Source: Octopus vulgaris
Lineage: Eukaryota
NCBI GenBank assembly: GCA_951406725.2
Contig: OX597834.1
Span: 5,704,001-5,768,000, forward strand
Direction: 5' to 3'
DNA: 64,000 nt
Below, piece after piece: positions 43,337 to 56,070 of this stretch. The notes under the pieces are model-generated. The model saw only the letters and a list, made by a program, of their open reading frames with translations, had not been told where the DNA came from and ran no database searches. The translations under genes were made by a program, and so were the position numbers. Each line of letters opens with the position of its first letter. Position 1 is the first letter of the stretch.

Positions 43337-43869
43337 TTCTTAATTTTTAATCCTTTACATTTTCTTGCCTCACTTGTTTTATCTACATGCTTGAATGCTT
43401 TTACTGTATTAAGACCACAAAACTGTAGTTTTCCCACTAACATAATAGGAGACCCCTAATTATCTTTTCCCTTTCTTTCTTCCTTATTTTGCTTTCTGTC
43501 TTTTATAAAATCCTCTTTGATCTATCCCCTCTATTCTGATTTCCTTAAATTTAGATTTATGATGTCTTCACAATCCTGATCCTAACCAACTAAACGTTCA
43601 TTTCTTCAACACACTGCATTTTTTCATTTCTTCTTTCTTCCTGTTTACTTATGCATTCCCTACTTTTTGCCCTCAATTTTAAAAGCAGGACCTTGCTCTT
43701 GATCTCATAGCCTTTCTTCTCTCCCGCAAAATACCCAATCATTATTATTGATGCTCATATCATCTTAATTCTATGGATTACTGTTACAGAATTTGCATTC
43801 TGCTACTCTTTGTTCTGATGAGAAAATTCTGGGCTTCAACCCTTCCACTTTGAACATATTACTATAACA

Positions 43870-44285
43870 TAGGTGTTGGAGTGGCTGTGTGGTAAGTAGC
43901 TTGCTCACCAGCCACATGGTCCCGGGTTCAGTCCCACTGCATGGCACCTTGGGCAAGTGTTTTCTACTATAGCCTCGGGCCGACCAAAGCCTTGTGAGTG
44001 GATTTGGTAAACGGAAACTGAAAGAAGCCTGTTGTTTATATGTATATATATATGTGTGTGTGTGTATATGTTTGTGTGTTTGTGTTTTTCTCCCCAGCAT
44101 TGCTTGACAACCGATGCTGGTGTGTTTATGTCCCCGTTACTTAGCGGTTCGGCAAAAGAGACCGATAGAATAAGTACTGGGCTTACAAAAGAATAACTCC
44201 CGGGGCCGAGTTGCTCGATTAAAGGTGGTGCTCCAGCATGGCCACAGTCAAATGACTAAAACAAGTAAAAGAGTAAAAGAAAGAG
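43870..44285 (+). mobile_element. OR-type SINE
   Basis: Family structure. Confidence 0.9.
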
Positions 44286-44360
44286 TATAGGCTTTTGAAC
44301 ATTTTCAGCGTTTATGTTCCGCTCGTATGATATTGGTTAAAGCAAGGTTGTGCAGATGTT

Positions 44361-44687
44361 CTAAAAGACTCCGCCGGTTATGACGACGAGGGTCCCAGCT
44401 GATACGATCAACGGAACAGCTTGCTCGTGAAATTAACGTACAAATGGCTGAGCATTCCACAGACACGTGTACCCTTAACGTAGTTCTCGGGGATAATCAG
44501 CGTGACACAGAGAGTGACAAGACTGACCCTTTGAAATACAAGTACAACTCATTTTTGCCAGCTGAGTGGACTGGAGCAACGTGAAATAAAGTATCTTGCT
44601 CAAGGACACATCGCGTCGCCGGGAATCGAACTCACAACCTTACGATCATGAGCCAAATGCCCTAACCACTAAGCCACGCGCCCTCAC
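44361..44687 (-). mobile_element. tRNA-derived SINE of a third family
   Basis: Reverse head gtggcttagtggttag...gttcgattccc, core tgtgtccttgagcaag; 12-bp TSD tgtgcagatgtt at 44349 and 44688. Confidence 0.85.
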
Positions 44688-45892
44688 TGTGCAGATGTTA
44701 CTCACCCACTGAATCACAGTGATATCAAAACACTGAACAACATGGTTACAAACAATCTTCAAAACCTACACCTACTCTTCTGAACAACAAAATCGTCAAC
44801 AAAATCTAAGGTTAGCAATGCAATTAGAACTATTCAAAACGCAGTATAAATAGTATGGAAGAGAAATGAGTTTGGTATATTGTCTTTGGAAGGGAAAAAA
44901 AACGTTTTAGAAATAGTTCTAGATAGCCATCAATTACTTGAGGTTCCTCAAAGGAAGGAAAATTTTAAGAGACAGATAAATTAATTAATTAATCAATCAA
45001 TCAAATATTCATATTAACAAGCACAAAATTAATCATTATATCTTCAAGCATCTTTTTTATTGAATACGTTAGCAGAATTGATGTTGTAGTGTCAATATCC
45101 TTTTTCAGGGTATCTCGCTGTATCTGTAATAGATAGATAATGCTATTAATATTGTTATCGATTGCTTTTATAAGTTTTGTTTTTGATTTATTTCTTGTTA
45201 CTTCTATTGAATAGTTCTGAAGTGAAAAACAATAATTCGTAGAAAATATCCAGGATGTCATCCACTTCTCAACTTAGCTTAAATGATGGATTAGCCTTCA
45301 CTACATAATATAATGATTCTTTATCTGACGTTGAATTAGAAATATTTTATTTTCAAGTTTTCTAAAGAGAATTTGTAGGAAATTAAATTATCACTTTTCA
45401 ATATTGCTTATTCCAAATTATTTTATCATAATTTTGTTTTCTAGTCTTTATATATTGCATGCTTATTTTTTTTTACCTTTTTGTCTTCATTTTTTTTTTT
45501 TTTTTTTTGGCAATGCAAAGCAAAACAGTTTTGTTTTGATGGAAAGTTCTTGAATATGCGATGCTAAATTCAATTAACTTTTAATATGAACAATGTTATG
45601 GCTGACTATTGATGAATAAGTCCATTGGGATATGCCTACTACAACATAGATTCATACAATACCAAACCCTTTATAACTTACAAGAGATGGAATTTATTTG
45701 CTTTTTAGTTTTCGTTTTCTTTTATCAGATCTGAGAATAGTTTTGGTAGTTATATCGGAAACATGCAAGCAGAAGTTTCACCAGCGGAAAGAGAACTCTG
45801 CATCCTCATCACTTAAATAATATGGTGCTAAAACTTGATGTTCATGCCTTTTTCAAGGACTATACAGCAGTAAATAATAACTCTGATAAGAT

Positions 45893-46064
45893 AGGTGCAA
45901 ATGTGGCTGTGAGGTAAGAAGTTTACTTCCAAACCACATGGTTCCGGATTCAGTCCCACTGCGTGGCATCTTGGGCAAGTGTCTTCTACTATAGTTTTGG
46001 GATGAGCAAAGCATTGTGAGTAAATTTGGCAGATAGAAACTGAAGGAAGCCTGTCGTATATATG

Positions 46065-46097
<33 letters not shown>

Positions 46098-46323
46098 ATA
46101 TGTTTGTGTGTCTGTGTTTACGTTCCCTTAGCATTGCTTGACAACCGATGCTGGTGTGTTTACGTCCCCGTCACTTAGCGGTTTGGCAAAAGAGACTGAT
46201 AGAATAAGTACTGGGCTTACAAAGAATAAGTCCCGGGGTTGAGTTGCTCGACTAAAGGCGGTGCTCCAGCATGGCCGCAGTCTAATGACTGAAACAAGTA
46301 AAAGAGTAAAAGAGTAAAAAGAG
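45893..46323 (+). mobile_element. OR-type SINE
   Basis: Family structure. Confidence 0.88.
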
Positions 46324-46359
<36 letters not shown>

Positions 46360-46553
46360 AATGTGTGGGTGCGTGTGTTTTTGGGCCTGTTTTTATCCTC
46401 CATCACCATTTGGCAACCGGTGCTGGTGTGTTTATGTCCCTGTGACTTAGTGGCTCACTGAAAGAGACTGATAGAATAAGTACCAGTCTTAAAACAAAAT
46501 AAGTACAGGAAGCAATTTGTTCAACTTAAATTCTTCAAGGTGGTGCTCCAGCA

Positions 46554-46785
46554 TGGCGAGCTGGCAGAAGCGTTAGCACGCCGGGCGAAGTGCTTAGCAG
46601 TATTTCATCTGCCATTACGTTCTGTGTTCAAATTCCGCCGAGGTCAACTTTGCCTTTCATCCTTTCGGGGTCAATAAATTAAGTACCAATTACGCACTGG
46701 GGTCGGTGTAATCGACTTAATCCATTTGTCTGTCCTTGTTTGTCCTCTCTGTGTTTAGCCCCTTGTGGGTAGTAAAAAAATAGGT
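46554..46785 (+). mobile_element. OK/Meta-like SINE nested in an OR-type 3' end
   Basis: Flanked by ctccagcatggc direct repeats. Confidence 0.8.
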
Positions 46786-47777
46786 ACTCCAGCATGGCCG
46801 CAGTATCATGACTGAAACAAATAAAAGATAAAAGATGGAGGGATATACTGAATATAATAGTATCCACAATAAAGACAAAAGAATACCACAAGGCACTTCT
46901 AGTGTTTCTGCCATACACTGTCCTAACAACAACACTGACTCACAACTTGGGCACAAAGACACACATACAACTGATTTAAACTCCACCCTTTGCACACACA
47001 TGCACACACACACTCAGGGATACTGGATTTCTTTTCCTTGTTTCAGTTATTAGACTATGGCCATGCTAGAGCACTGCCGTGAAGAGCATTTTTTTTAGAT
47101 GAATAAATAGACCCAGTACTTACTTTACTTCTTTTAAAAGCCTGTTACACATTCTGTTGATCTATTTTGCCAAACTGTTAAGTTACAGGGATGTAAACAC
47201 ACCAACACTGGTTGTCAAGTGGTGGTGGTGGGGGACAAACACAGACACAAAGACACACACGCATGTGTGTGTGTATGTATGTGTGTGTGTGTATGTACAT
47301 GTGTGTGTGTGAGACAGGCTTCTTTCAGTTTCTGTCTACCAAATCCACTGACAAGCATTTCAAGAGACTGATAAAATAAGTACTAGCCTTAAAAGGAATA
47401 AGTACAGGGGTTGATTCGTTCAACTAAAAATTTTTCAGGGTAGTGCCCCAGCATGGCCTCATTCTGATGACTGAAGGAAATAAAAGAACATAAGTAAAAA
47501 AGCCTCTCAGCATGGCCCCTAGAGTCCCTAGAAACAGCAACCAGCCTTCTCACAAATTAAACCCTATCATCTTAAAAGTGAAAGTACATTGTACAAAATG
47601 TTGTCATGTGTATATTACATCTAAAAAAGTAAGATATAATCTTCATCTTTAATCATAGATCTTTGATCATAGACCTGCTGTATCATGGCTTGCCTTGGGT
47701 TAAACAAGAACAGCAACAATGTAGAAACAAATGTAGTCGAAACATCCATTTTATTATCCCTGCTGGAATTAAAATAG

Positions 47778-47935
47778 AAGTGGCTGTGTGGTAAGTAGCT
47801 TGCTAACCAACCACATGGTTCCGGGTTCAGTCCCTCTGCGTGACATCTTGAGCAAGTGTCTTCTGCTATAGCCCCGGGCTGACCAATGCCTTGTGAGTGG
47901 ATTTGGTAGACGGAAACTGAAAGAAGCCTGTCGTA

Positions 47936-48012
<77 letters not shown>

Positions 48013-48166
48013 TTGTGTGTCTGTGTTTGTCCCCCTAGCATTGTTTGACAACCGATGCTGGTGTGTTTACGTCCCCGTCACTTAGCGGTTCAGCAAAAGA
48101 TAGTGATAGAATAAGTACTTTCAGTGAGTGGATTTGGTAGACAGAAACTGAAAGAAGCCTGTTGTG

Positions 48167-48221
<55 letters not shown>

Positions 48222-48443
48222 GTGTTTGTGTGTCTGTGTTTGTCCCCCTAGCATTGCTTGACAACCGATGCTGGTGTGTTTACGTCCCCATCACTTAGCG
48301 GTTCGGCAAAAGAGACTGATAGAATAAGTACTGGGCTTAAAAAGAATAAGTCCCGGGGTCGATTTGCTCAACTAAAGGCGGTGCTCCAGCATGGCCGCAG
48401 TCAAATGACTGAAACAAGTAAAAGAGTAAAAAGAGTAAAGAGA
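47778..48443 (+). mobile_element. OR-type SINE with internal duplication, flanked by ~190-bp direct repeats
   Basis: Repeats at 47591-47779 and 48444-48642. Confidence 0.88.
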
Positions 48444-49293
48444 GTACAAAATGTCGTCATGTGGATATTACATCTAAAAAGTAAGATATAATCTTCACGG
48501 GTGGCACATCTTTAATCATAGATCTTTAATCATAGATCTGCTGTATCATGGCTTGCCTTGGGTTAAACAAGAACAGCAACAATGTAGAAACAAATGTAGT
48601 CGAAACATCCATTTTATTATCCCTGCTGGAATTAAACTAGAATATAATATAAAAAACTAGATAATACCAAGTACCTAGTTTAACTCTAAGTAATCCTAAT
48701 ACATTTTCATATTAACATTATTCTCTATTTTTAACAATCATATTTCAGGAATTTTTTAGCTGAATTATCTTGTAATGTGATTTCCTAAAAACCACTCTAT
48801 TCCAGTCAGGCTTTTGGCAGAATTAAATACAAACGTTGCTTAAAACCTAGAGCTGCCGACTTCATTAGATCTGTCTCATTATCAGTAATAATGTGCACAG
48901 AATCCAATTTCGCTTCCGGTGCTGTTGGTGTTAAAACTTAAGTTCCAAATTTTTAAGCCATATTCTGGGTGCCTAATGAGATTTTTTCTCCACTCTGCAG
49001 CTAATAATATCAGTAACTATCCTGAAGATTAGAGTTCTAAATCAAGACTAAATTCGGTTTGGACTTGGTAATAGCAGACTTGTGTGACGCTGCTGATGGT
49101 AAATGCTACAGCAAAGCTATATTTTATGAACACCCACACACATGCATATATATAAATAGATATACATACAGGCATCAATACTATGTATGTACAAATATAA
49201 GTATATATACGACATATGTATATATAATTTATATATCATCATCATCATACGTCTGTTTTCCATGCTAGCATGGGTTATATATATATATATATA

Positions 49294-49570
49294 AGCCGAA
49301 ATAAAACTCAGCATTTCTTTCGTCAGCTCAACATTTCTTAATTTTGGATTTGAAAGCACTAAAAGATTTTACTAGATAACTCACGTGGGTGGAAGGGGAA
49401 GGAACATGAATCTTCGCTTGTACATTTTGAATTTGTTAGTACTGGCAGTTTGAAGATGTTTGTCTGAGGTGATACATTATCGGATAGGTATGTTCATTCT
49501 TTTAGTGCTTTCAAATCCAAAATTAAGAAATGTTGAGCTGACGAAAGAAATGCTGAGTTTTATTTCGGCT
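49294..49570. repeat. Perfect 73-bp inverted repeat with 131-bp spacer
   Basis: 49294-49366 is the exact reverse complement of 49498-49570. Confidence 0.95.
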
Positions 49571-49595
49571 AATCTAGAAACGTTGACGTTCTCAA
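49533..49595 (+). ncRNA. Type I hammerhead-like motif
   Basis: TTGAG-CTGACGA-[imperfect stem II]-GAA-ACGT tg ACGT-T-CTCAA. Confidence 0.55.
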
Positions 49596-49890
49596 ATGAT
49601 CTTTGTACTTGTGATATTTTACTGTTTTTACCTCCATATCTTCGTGATTTATTTTTGAGTAAACATTATCTGAGAGAAGTTTTCTTAAAGTAGTGGAAAT
49701 GGCTAAAAACTTTTTGGCTGCTATTTCTAGAAAGTTCAGTATGTGGCAAAGTAATTTATTTTACTAAGCCCTAATTATATAATGTAATATTTTGAATTCG
49801 CCTTAAATGGTCCTTTTACATACTGAACACTACTTGGTGAAATTGATTAATAACTAATTAATTTTACCCTCAATTGTTGATATATATATA

Positions 49891-51947
49891 TCATCATCAT
49901 CATCATCATCATCATTTAACGTCCGCTTTCCATGCTAGCATGGGTTGGACGGTTCAACTGGGGTCTGGGGAGCCCGAAGGCTGCACCAGGCCAGTCAGAT
50001 CTGGCAGTGTTTCTACAGCTGGATGCCCTTCCTAACGCCAACCACTCCGAGAGTGTAGTGGGTGATTTTATGTGCCACCGACACAGGTGCCAGACGAGGC
50101 TGGCAGACGGCCACGCTCGGATGGTGTTTTTATGTGCCACCGACACAGGTGCCAGATGAGGCTGGCGAACGGCCACGATCAGATGGTGTTTGTTACGTGC
50201 CCACAGCACGGAGGCCAGTCCATGCGGTACTGGCTACGGCCACGTTCGGATGGTTTTCTTGTGTGCCACCGGCACTGGTACCACAAAGATACAAATTCCA
50301 TTGATGTTCATCTATTTTGATTTGTTTTGATTTTGATTTTCACTTGCCTCAACAGGCCTTCACAAGTGTCACAAGAAGGAAGGTATGCACAGGTGGACTG
50401 ACTACGTCCCAGGTAGGGGCCATGGGTTATGGCCTGACTAGTCTTGCCGGGTCTTCGGATGGTGTTTTTATGTGCCACCGACACAGGTGCCAGATGAGGC
50501 TGGCGAACGGCCACGATCGGATGGTGTTTGTTACGTGCCCACAGCACGGAGGCCAGTCGATGCGGTACTGGCTACGGCCACGTTCGGATGGTTTTCTTGT
50601 GTGCCACCGGCACTGGTACCACAAAGATACAAATTCCATTGATGTTCATCTATTTTGATTTGTTTTGATTTTGATTTTCACTTGCCTCAACAGGCCTTCA
50701 CAAGTGTCACAAGAAGGAAGGTATGCACAGGTGGACTGACTACGTCCCAGGTAGGGGCCATGGGTTATGGCCTGACTAGTCTTGCCGGGTCTTCGGATGG
50801 TGTTTTTATGTGCCACCGACACAGGTGCCAGATGAGGCTGGCGAACGGCCACGATCGGATGGTGTTTGTTACGTGCCCACAGCACGGAGGCCAGTCGATG
50901 CGGTACTGGCTACGGCCACGTTCGGATGGTTTTCTTGTGTGCCACCGGCACTGGTACCACAAAGATACAAATTCCATTGATGTTCATCTATTTTGATTTG
51001 TTTTGATTTTGATTTTCACTTGCCTCAACAGGCCTTCACAAGTGTCACAAGAAGGAAGGTATGCACAGGTGGACTGACTACGTCCCAGGTAGGGGCCATG
51101 GGTTATGGCCTGACTAGTCTTGCCGGGTCTTCGGATGGTGTTTTTTATGTGCCACCGACACAGGTGCCAGATGAGGCTGGCGAACGGCCACGATCGGATG
51201 GTGTTTGTTACGTGCCCACAGCACGGAGGCCAGTCGATGCGGTACTGGCTACGGCCACGTTCGGATGGTTTTCTTGTGTGCCACCGGCACTGGTACCACA
51301 AAGATACAAATTCCATTGATGTTCATCTATTTTGATTTGTTTTGATTTTGATTTTCACTTGCCTCAACAGGCCTTCACAAGTGTCACAAGAAGGAAGGTA
51401 TGCACAGGTGGACTGACTACGTCCCAGGTAGGGGCCATGGGTTATGGCCTGACTAGTCTTGCCGGGTCTTCGGATGGTGTTTTTATGTGCCACCGACACA
51501 GGTGCCAGATGAGGCTGGCGAACGGCCACGATCGGATGGTGTTTGTTACGTGCCCACAGCACGGAGGCCAGTCGATGCGGTACTGGCTACGGCCACGTTC
51601 GGATGGTTTTCTTGTGTGCCACCGGCACTGGTACCACAAAGATACAAATTCCATTGATGTTCATCTATTTTGATTTGTTTTGATTTTGATTTTCACTTGC
51701 CTCAACAGGTCTTCACAAGTGTCACAAGAAGGAAGGTATGCACAGGTGGACTGACTACGTCCCAGGTAGGGGCCATGGGTTATGGCCTGACTAGTCTTGC
51801 CGGGTCTTCGGATGGTGTTTTTATGTGCCACCGACACAGGTGCCAGATGAGGCTGGCGAACGGCCACGATCGGATGGTGTTTGTTACGTGCCCACAGCAC
51901 GGAGGCCAGTCCATGCGGTACTGGCTACTGCCACGTTCGGATGGTTT

Positions 51948-51950
<3 letters not shown>
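49891..51950 (-). repeat. Structured RTE-related element with a 338-bp tandem array (50117-51950, ~5.4 units)
   Basis: Near-identical ORFs recur at 50317, 50655, 50993, 51332, 51670; (CAT)n tail at 49891. Confidence 0.95.
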
Positions 51951-51980
<30 letters not shown>

Positions 51981-52226
51981 ATCAATAATACAGTGATTAT
52001 TTCTTATCAGGAACAAAATGTTTAATAGGACTGCTATAGAAATGCTCAATTGAATAAGACAAATGCATCAAACATCTTCCATGATGTTATACATGTACAT
52101 TCCATGTGAAAGAAAAAGCATCATGTGATTAAATGTTCGAGATATGAAATGTTACGTGGATGACCCTGTATTTGTTTGTTCTGCAACCATAGTTTGATAT
52201 ATATATGTATATATATATATATATAT

Positions 52227-52457
52227 ATTTCTTTACTACCCACAAGGGGCTAAACACAGACGGGACAAATAAGGACAGACAAACGGATTAAGTCGATTAC
52301 ATCGACCCCAGTGCGTAACTGGTACTTAATTTATCGACCCCGAAAGGATGAAAGGCAAAGTCGACCTCGGCGGAATTTGAACTCAGAACGTAGCGGCAGA
52401 CAAAATACCGCTAAGCATTTCGCCCGGCATGCTAACGTTTCTGCCAGCTCGCCGCCT
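52227..52457 (-). mobile_element. OK/Meta-like SINE, full length
   Basis: Head and body intact. Confidence 0.9.
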
Positions 52458-52630
52458 TCAATATATATATATATATGCATGTGTGCATGTATGTTTGTAT
52501 ATATACATATATATATGTGTATATACATATATATATATATATGTGCATATACATATATATATATGTACATATATACATACATGTGTATATTTATATATTA
52601 AGATGTATACATACACAAGTATGTATGTAT

Positions 52631-52680
<50 letters not shown>

Positions 52681-52805
52681 CTTCCCCGTTAACCTTCCTT
52701 TGATATTGCTGCTCCTCTTATGTGTCCATAACTTTCACTGGGTACATCTTATGGAGTTTCTACCTCACCACCACTCAGGTAGATATATAAATAATATTAT
52801 ATTAT

Positions 52806-53025
52806 ATCATCCAAAATATATAGTATTATATACCCATCATGGCTGATCTTACCAATCGGTTTAACACAAGGAATACAGTGGAGTGTTAGGTAACAATCTG
52901 ATTATATAACTTTACGCTCATCAGAGTTAGCCATTGCTACCTAACACTGAATTGTATTCCCTGTGTGAAACCATCTGGCAAGATCACCCATGATGGATAT
53001 ATAATACAATACATTTTGGATAGCA
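52806..53025. repeat. Imperfect palindrome (MITE-like)
   Basis: ~90-bp arms, roughly 80% complementary by eye. Confidence 0.8.
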
Positions 53026-53107
53026 TACCCACTCTATTGATGGATATGCGAGTGCATCTTTTCCTTGACTTATGGTCTTATACATGACTCGCATATGTGT
53101 TTGTGTA

Positions 53108-53318
53108 TTCTTTAATTCTTCTACTTGTTTCAGTCATTTGACAGCAGCCATGCTGGAGCACCACCTTTAATTGAACAAATCAACCCCAGGACTTATTCTT
53201 TGTTAGCCTAGTACTTATTCTATCAGTCTCTTTTGCCAAACCGCTTGGTTACGGGGACATAAATACATCAAGATCGGTTGTCAAGCAATGATGGTGGACA
53301 AACACAGACACACAAACA

Positions 53319-53402
<84 letters not shown>

Positions 53403-53570
53403 TACGACAGGCTTCTTTCAGTTTCCGTCTACCAAATCCACACACAAGGCTTTGGTTGGCCCGAAGCTATAGTAGAAGACACTTGTCCAAGGTGCCATGC
53501 AGTGGGACTGAATCCCAAAACATGTGGTTGGTAAGCAAGCTACTGACCACATAGACATTCCTGCAACTAT

Positions 53571-53601
<31 letters not shown>

Positions 53602-53780
53602 ACACACACTCACATACGACAGGCTTCTTTCAGTTTCTCTCTACTATATCCACACACAAAGCTTTGGTTGGCCTGAGGCTATAGTAGAAGACACTTGCCC
53701 AAGGTGCCATATAGTGGGACTGAACCCCAAACCATGTGGTTGGTAAGCAAGCTACTTACCACACAGCCACTCCTGTGCCT
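53108..53780 (-). mobile_element. OR-type SINE with duplicated 5' half
   Basis: Head and core appear twice, separated by (CA)n. Confidence 0.85.
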
Positions 53781-53864
53781 ATCACACGCACATACGCTTT
53801 GTTTTTGTTTTAGGCTTGCCAGATTTTTTTATATGAATTTGCATGTGTGTGTGTGTGTGTGTGT

Positions 53865-53906
<42 letters not shown>

Positions 53907-54403
53907 ACTAAACAAATCATTTACACCTTCAACTCCGATGTATGTCGCACAACTGTTGTGTTGAGTTTGTATTTTTACGATAAAGATAAGAGATTCTTCA
54001 TATCTTCCATAATTGATATTTTGACTTGTGTTCTAAGTAAATATTGGTTTACAAAAATTATATAAATTTTGTAAATTTTCAGTATTAGACGAACTTTAGA
54101 AATTTTTCCCATATATTTTCTGTAAATACAGGCCTGACTCAGTAGACTCATACATTGATTAGAAAGATTATTTTTATTTTAGAATTAGTAGAGTATCATT
54201 GGAGCTCATCATGCTTCTAGCCAGATTTTTCTGATTTTCGGTGTTTTTAACAGCTCTTTCGAATTTTTATTTTAGAAATACTATTGCTACGAATATTTTT
54301 AAAAGAAGGCAATTTAATTATATATTTGTTGGACTTTCAGAATAATTGTCTTACCTAAATCGTAATTTCTCGGATTCTTTTTCAGTATTTTTCCACATTA
54401 TAC

Positions 54404-54810
54404 GCGCAGGAGTGGCTGTGTGGTAAGTAGCTTGCTAACTAACCACATGGTTCCGGGTTCAGTCCCACTGCGTGTCACCTTGGGCAAGTGTCTTCTGCTA
54501 TAGCCCCAGGCCGACCAATACCTTGTGAGTGGATTTGGTAGACGGAAACTGAAAGAAACCTGTCGTATATATGTATTTATATATATATGTATGTGTGTGG
54601 TTGTGTGTCTGTGTTTGTCCCCCTAGCATTGCTTGACAGCCGATGCTGGTGTGTTTACGTCCCCGTCACTTAGCGGTTTGGCAAAAGAGACCGATAGAAT
54701 AAGTACTGGGCTTACAAAGAATAAGTCCTGGAGTCAATTTGCTCGACTAAAGGCGGTGCTCCAGCATGGCTGCAGTCAAATGACTGAAACAAGTAAAAGA
54801 GTAAAAGAGT
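54404..54810 (+). mobile_element. OR-type SINE
   Basis: Family structure. Confidence 0.9.
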
Positions 54811-55139
54811 ATTTCAAAATACTCACAAGCAGAGTTTCTTTAAAATGAAACATCTCAATCCATATTTTCTTGCCAGACCTTTGCCATCTCAATTTTCTTT
54901 CTTTCTTTCTTGTCCCTTTCCATCATTAACTGTTCTGTATTTTGAAACACTTGTAATTCCTATTTTTACAGAATAGAATATGGAAAAGCTATCATGTTTA
55001 GATCAAAATTTCTCTTCTCTTTTCTCAGAATTTTAACCTTTATTGAAGAATTGGAAGTACAAATTTTTTTCTATAAAAATGTGTATTTGATGTGTTTCAA
55101 AACATGAAATGTTATAACATTTAAGATATATTGTGCAAC

Positions 55140-56070
55140 ATACAAAGAACAACCGAATTCAGCTCACAGTGAGACGAGTCCCCTTTGCCAATCAATAGAA
55201 ATTTGGTTTTTGCTTGTTTGCTTCATCAGAGACTAAAGATATTAAATATCGTCATTGTCCTGTCACTGAGCAATCGATGAATTGTCTCCTCCCAGACTCC
55301 CATCACAGCTAGTGTCTTAGGTGTCTATTGAGTTTCTCCTCAAAATTACTTATCTCTAATATTTTTTCCAGTATTGAGAAATGCTGGCTGATGGTTTCTT
55401 GGACTGTTCTGACTTGAGAATAGAGCAAAAGCCTCTCAGGAACTTCATTTCAAGAGCAGATTGAATACGCTTCTCCATTATCTGACAAAGTTCATCAAAT
55501 GTTTTTTCACCCAGAACTGAATGATTTTTGGCACCAACCACAGACAATAGAGCATCTTGTTTTTATATAGTATTCTTCCACATCATAAGTAGCAAAAAAA
55601 GATCCTTGAATGTTACTCTTTTACTCTTTTACTTGTTTCAGTCATTTGACTGCGGTCATGCTGGAGCACCGCCTTTAATCGAGCAACTCGACCCTGGGAC
55701 TTATTCTTTTGTAAGCCCAGTACTTATTCTATCGGTCTCTTTTGCCGAACCGCTAAGTAACGGGGACATAAACACACCAGCATCGGTTGTCAAGCAATGC
55801 TAGGGGGACAAACACAGACACACAAACAAACACATACATATATATATATACATATATACGACGGGCTTCTTTCAGTTTCCGTTTACCAAATCCACTCACA
55901 AGGCTTTGGTCGGCCTGAGGCTATAGTAGAAGACACTTGCCCAAGGTGCCACGCAGTGGGACTGAACCCAGAACCATGTGGTTGGTAAACAAGTTACTTA
56001 CCACACAGCCACTCCTGCACCTATTCTGCATAATTCATCCAATTTTTCCCCATACATTTCCATTTGTTTA
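55140..56070 (-). pseudogene. Gypsy gag relic split by an OR SINE (55613-56021)
   Basis: WMNYAE / FFATYDVEE / ALLSVVGAKNHSVLGEKTFDELCQIMEK / NFEEKLNRHLRH / VMGVWEETIHRLLSD follows the Gypsy gag pattern (LLSVVG.KT...KTFDELC...LRD...RLL). Confidence 0.65.

Noticed and set aside
44610-44687. tRNA gene
   Set aside because: The tRNA-like A/B boxes are a SINE head continuing into a core and tail with a TSD
49406-49693. Signal-peptide-like start and leucine-rich-repeat-like ORF (LPPYLRDLFLS)
   Set aside because: In-frame stop, LRR asparagines missing, and the same bases are better explained by a hammerhead-bearing repeat; not fully excluded without a profile search
50117-51950. CRISPR-like array or repeated 113-aa gene
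   Set aside because: Whole units are near-identical with no unique spacers, context is eukaryotic, and the ORF is frameshifted in one unit
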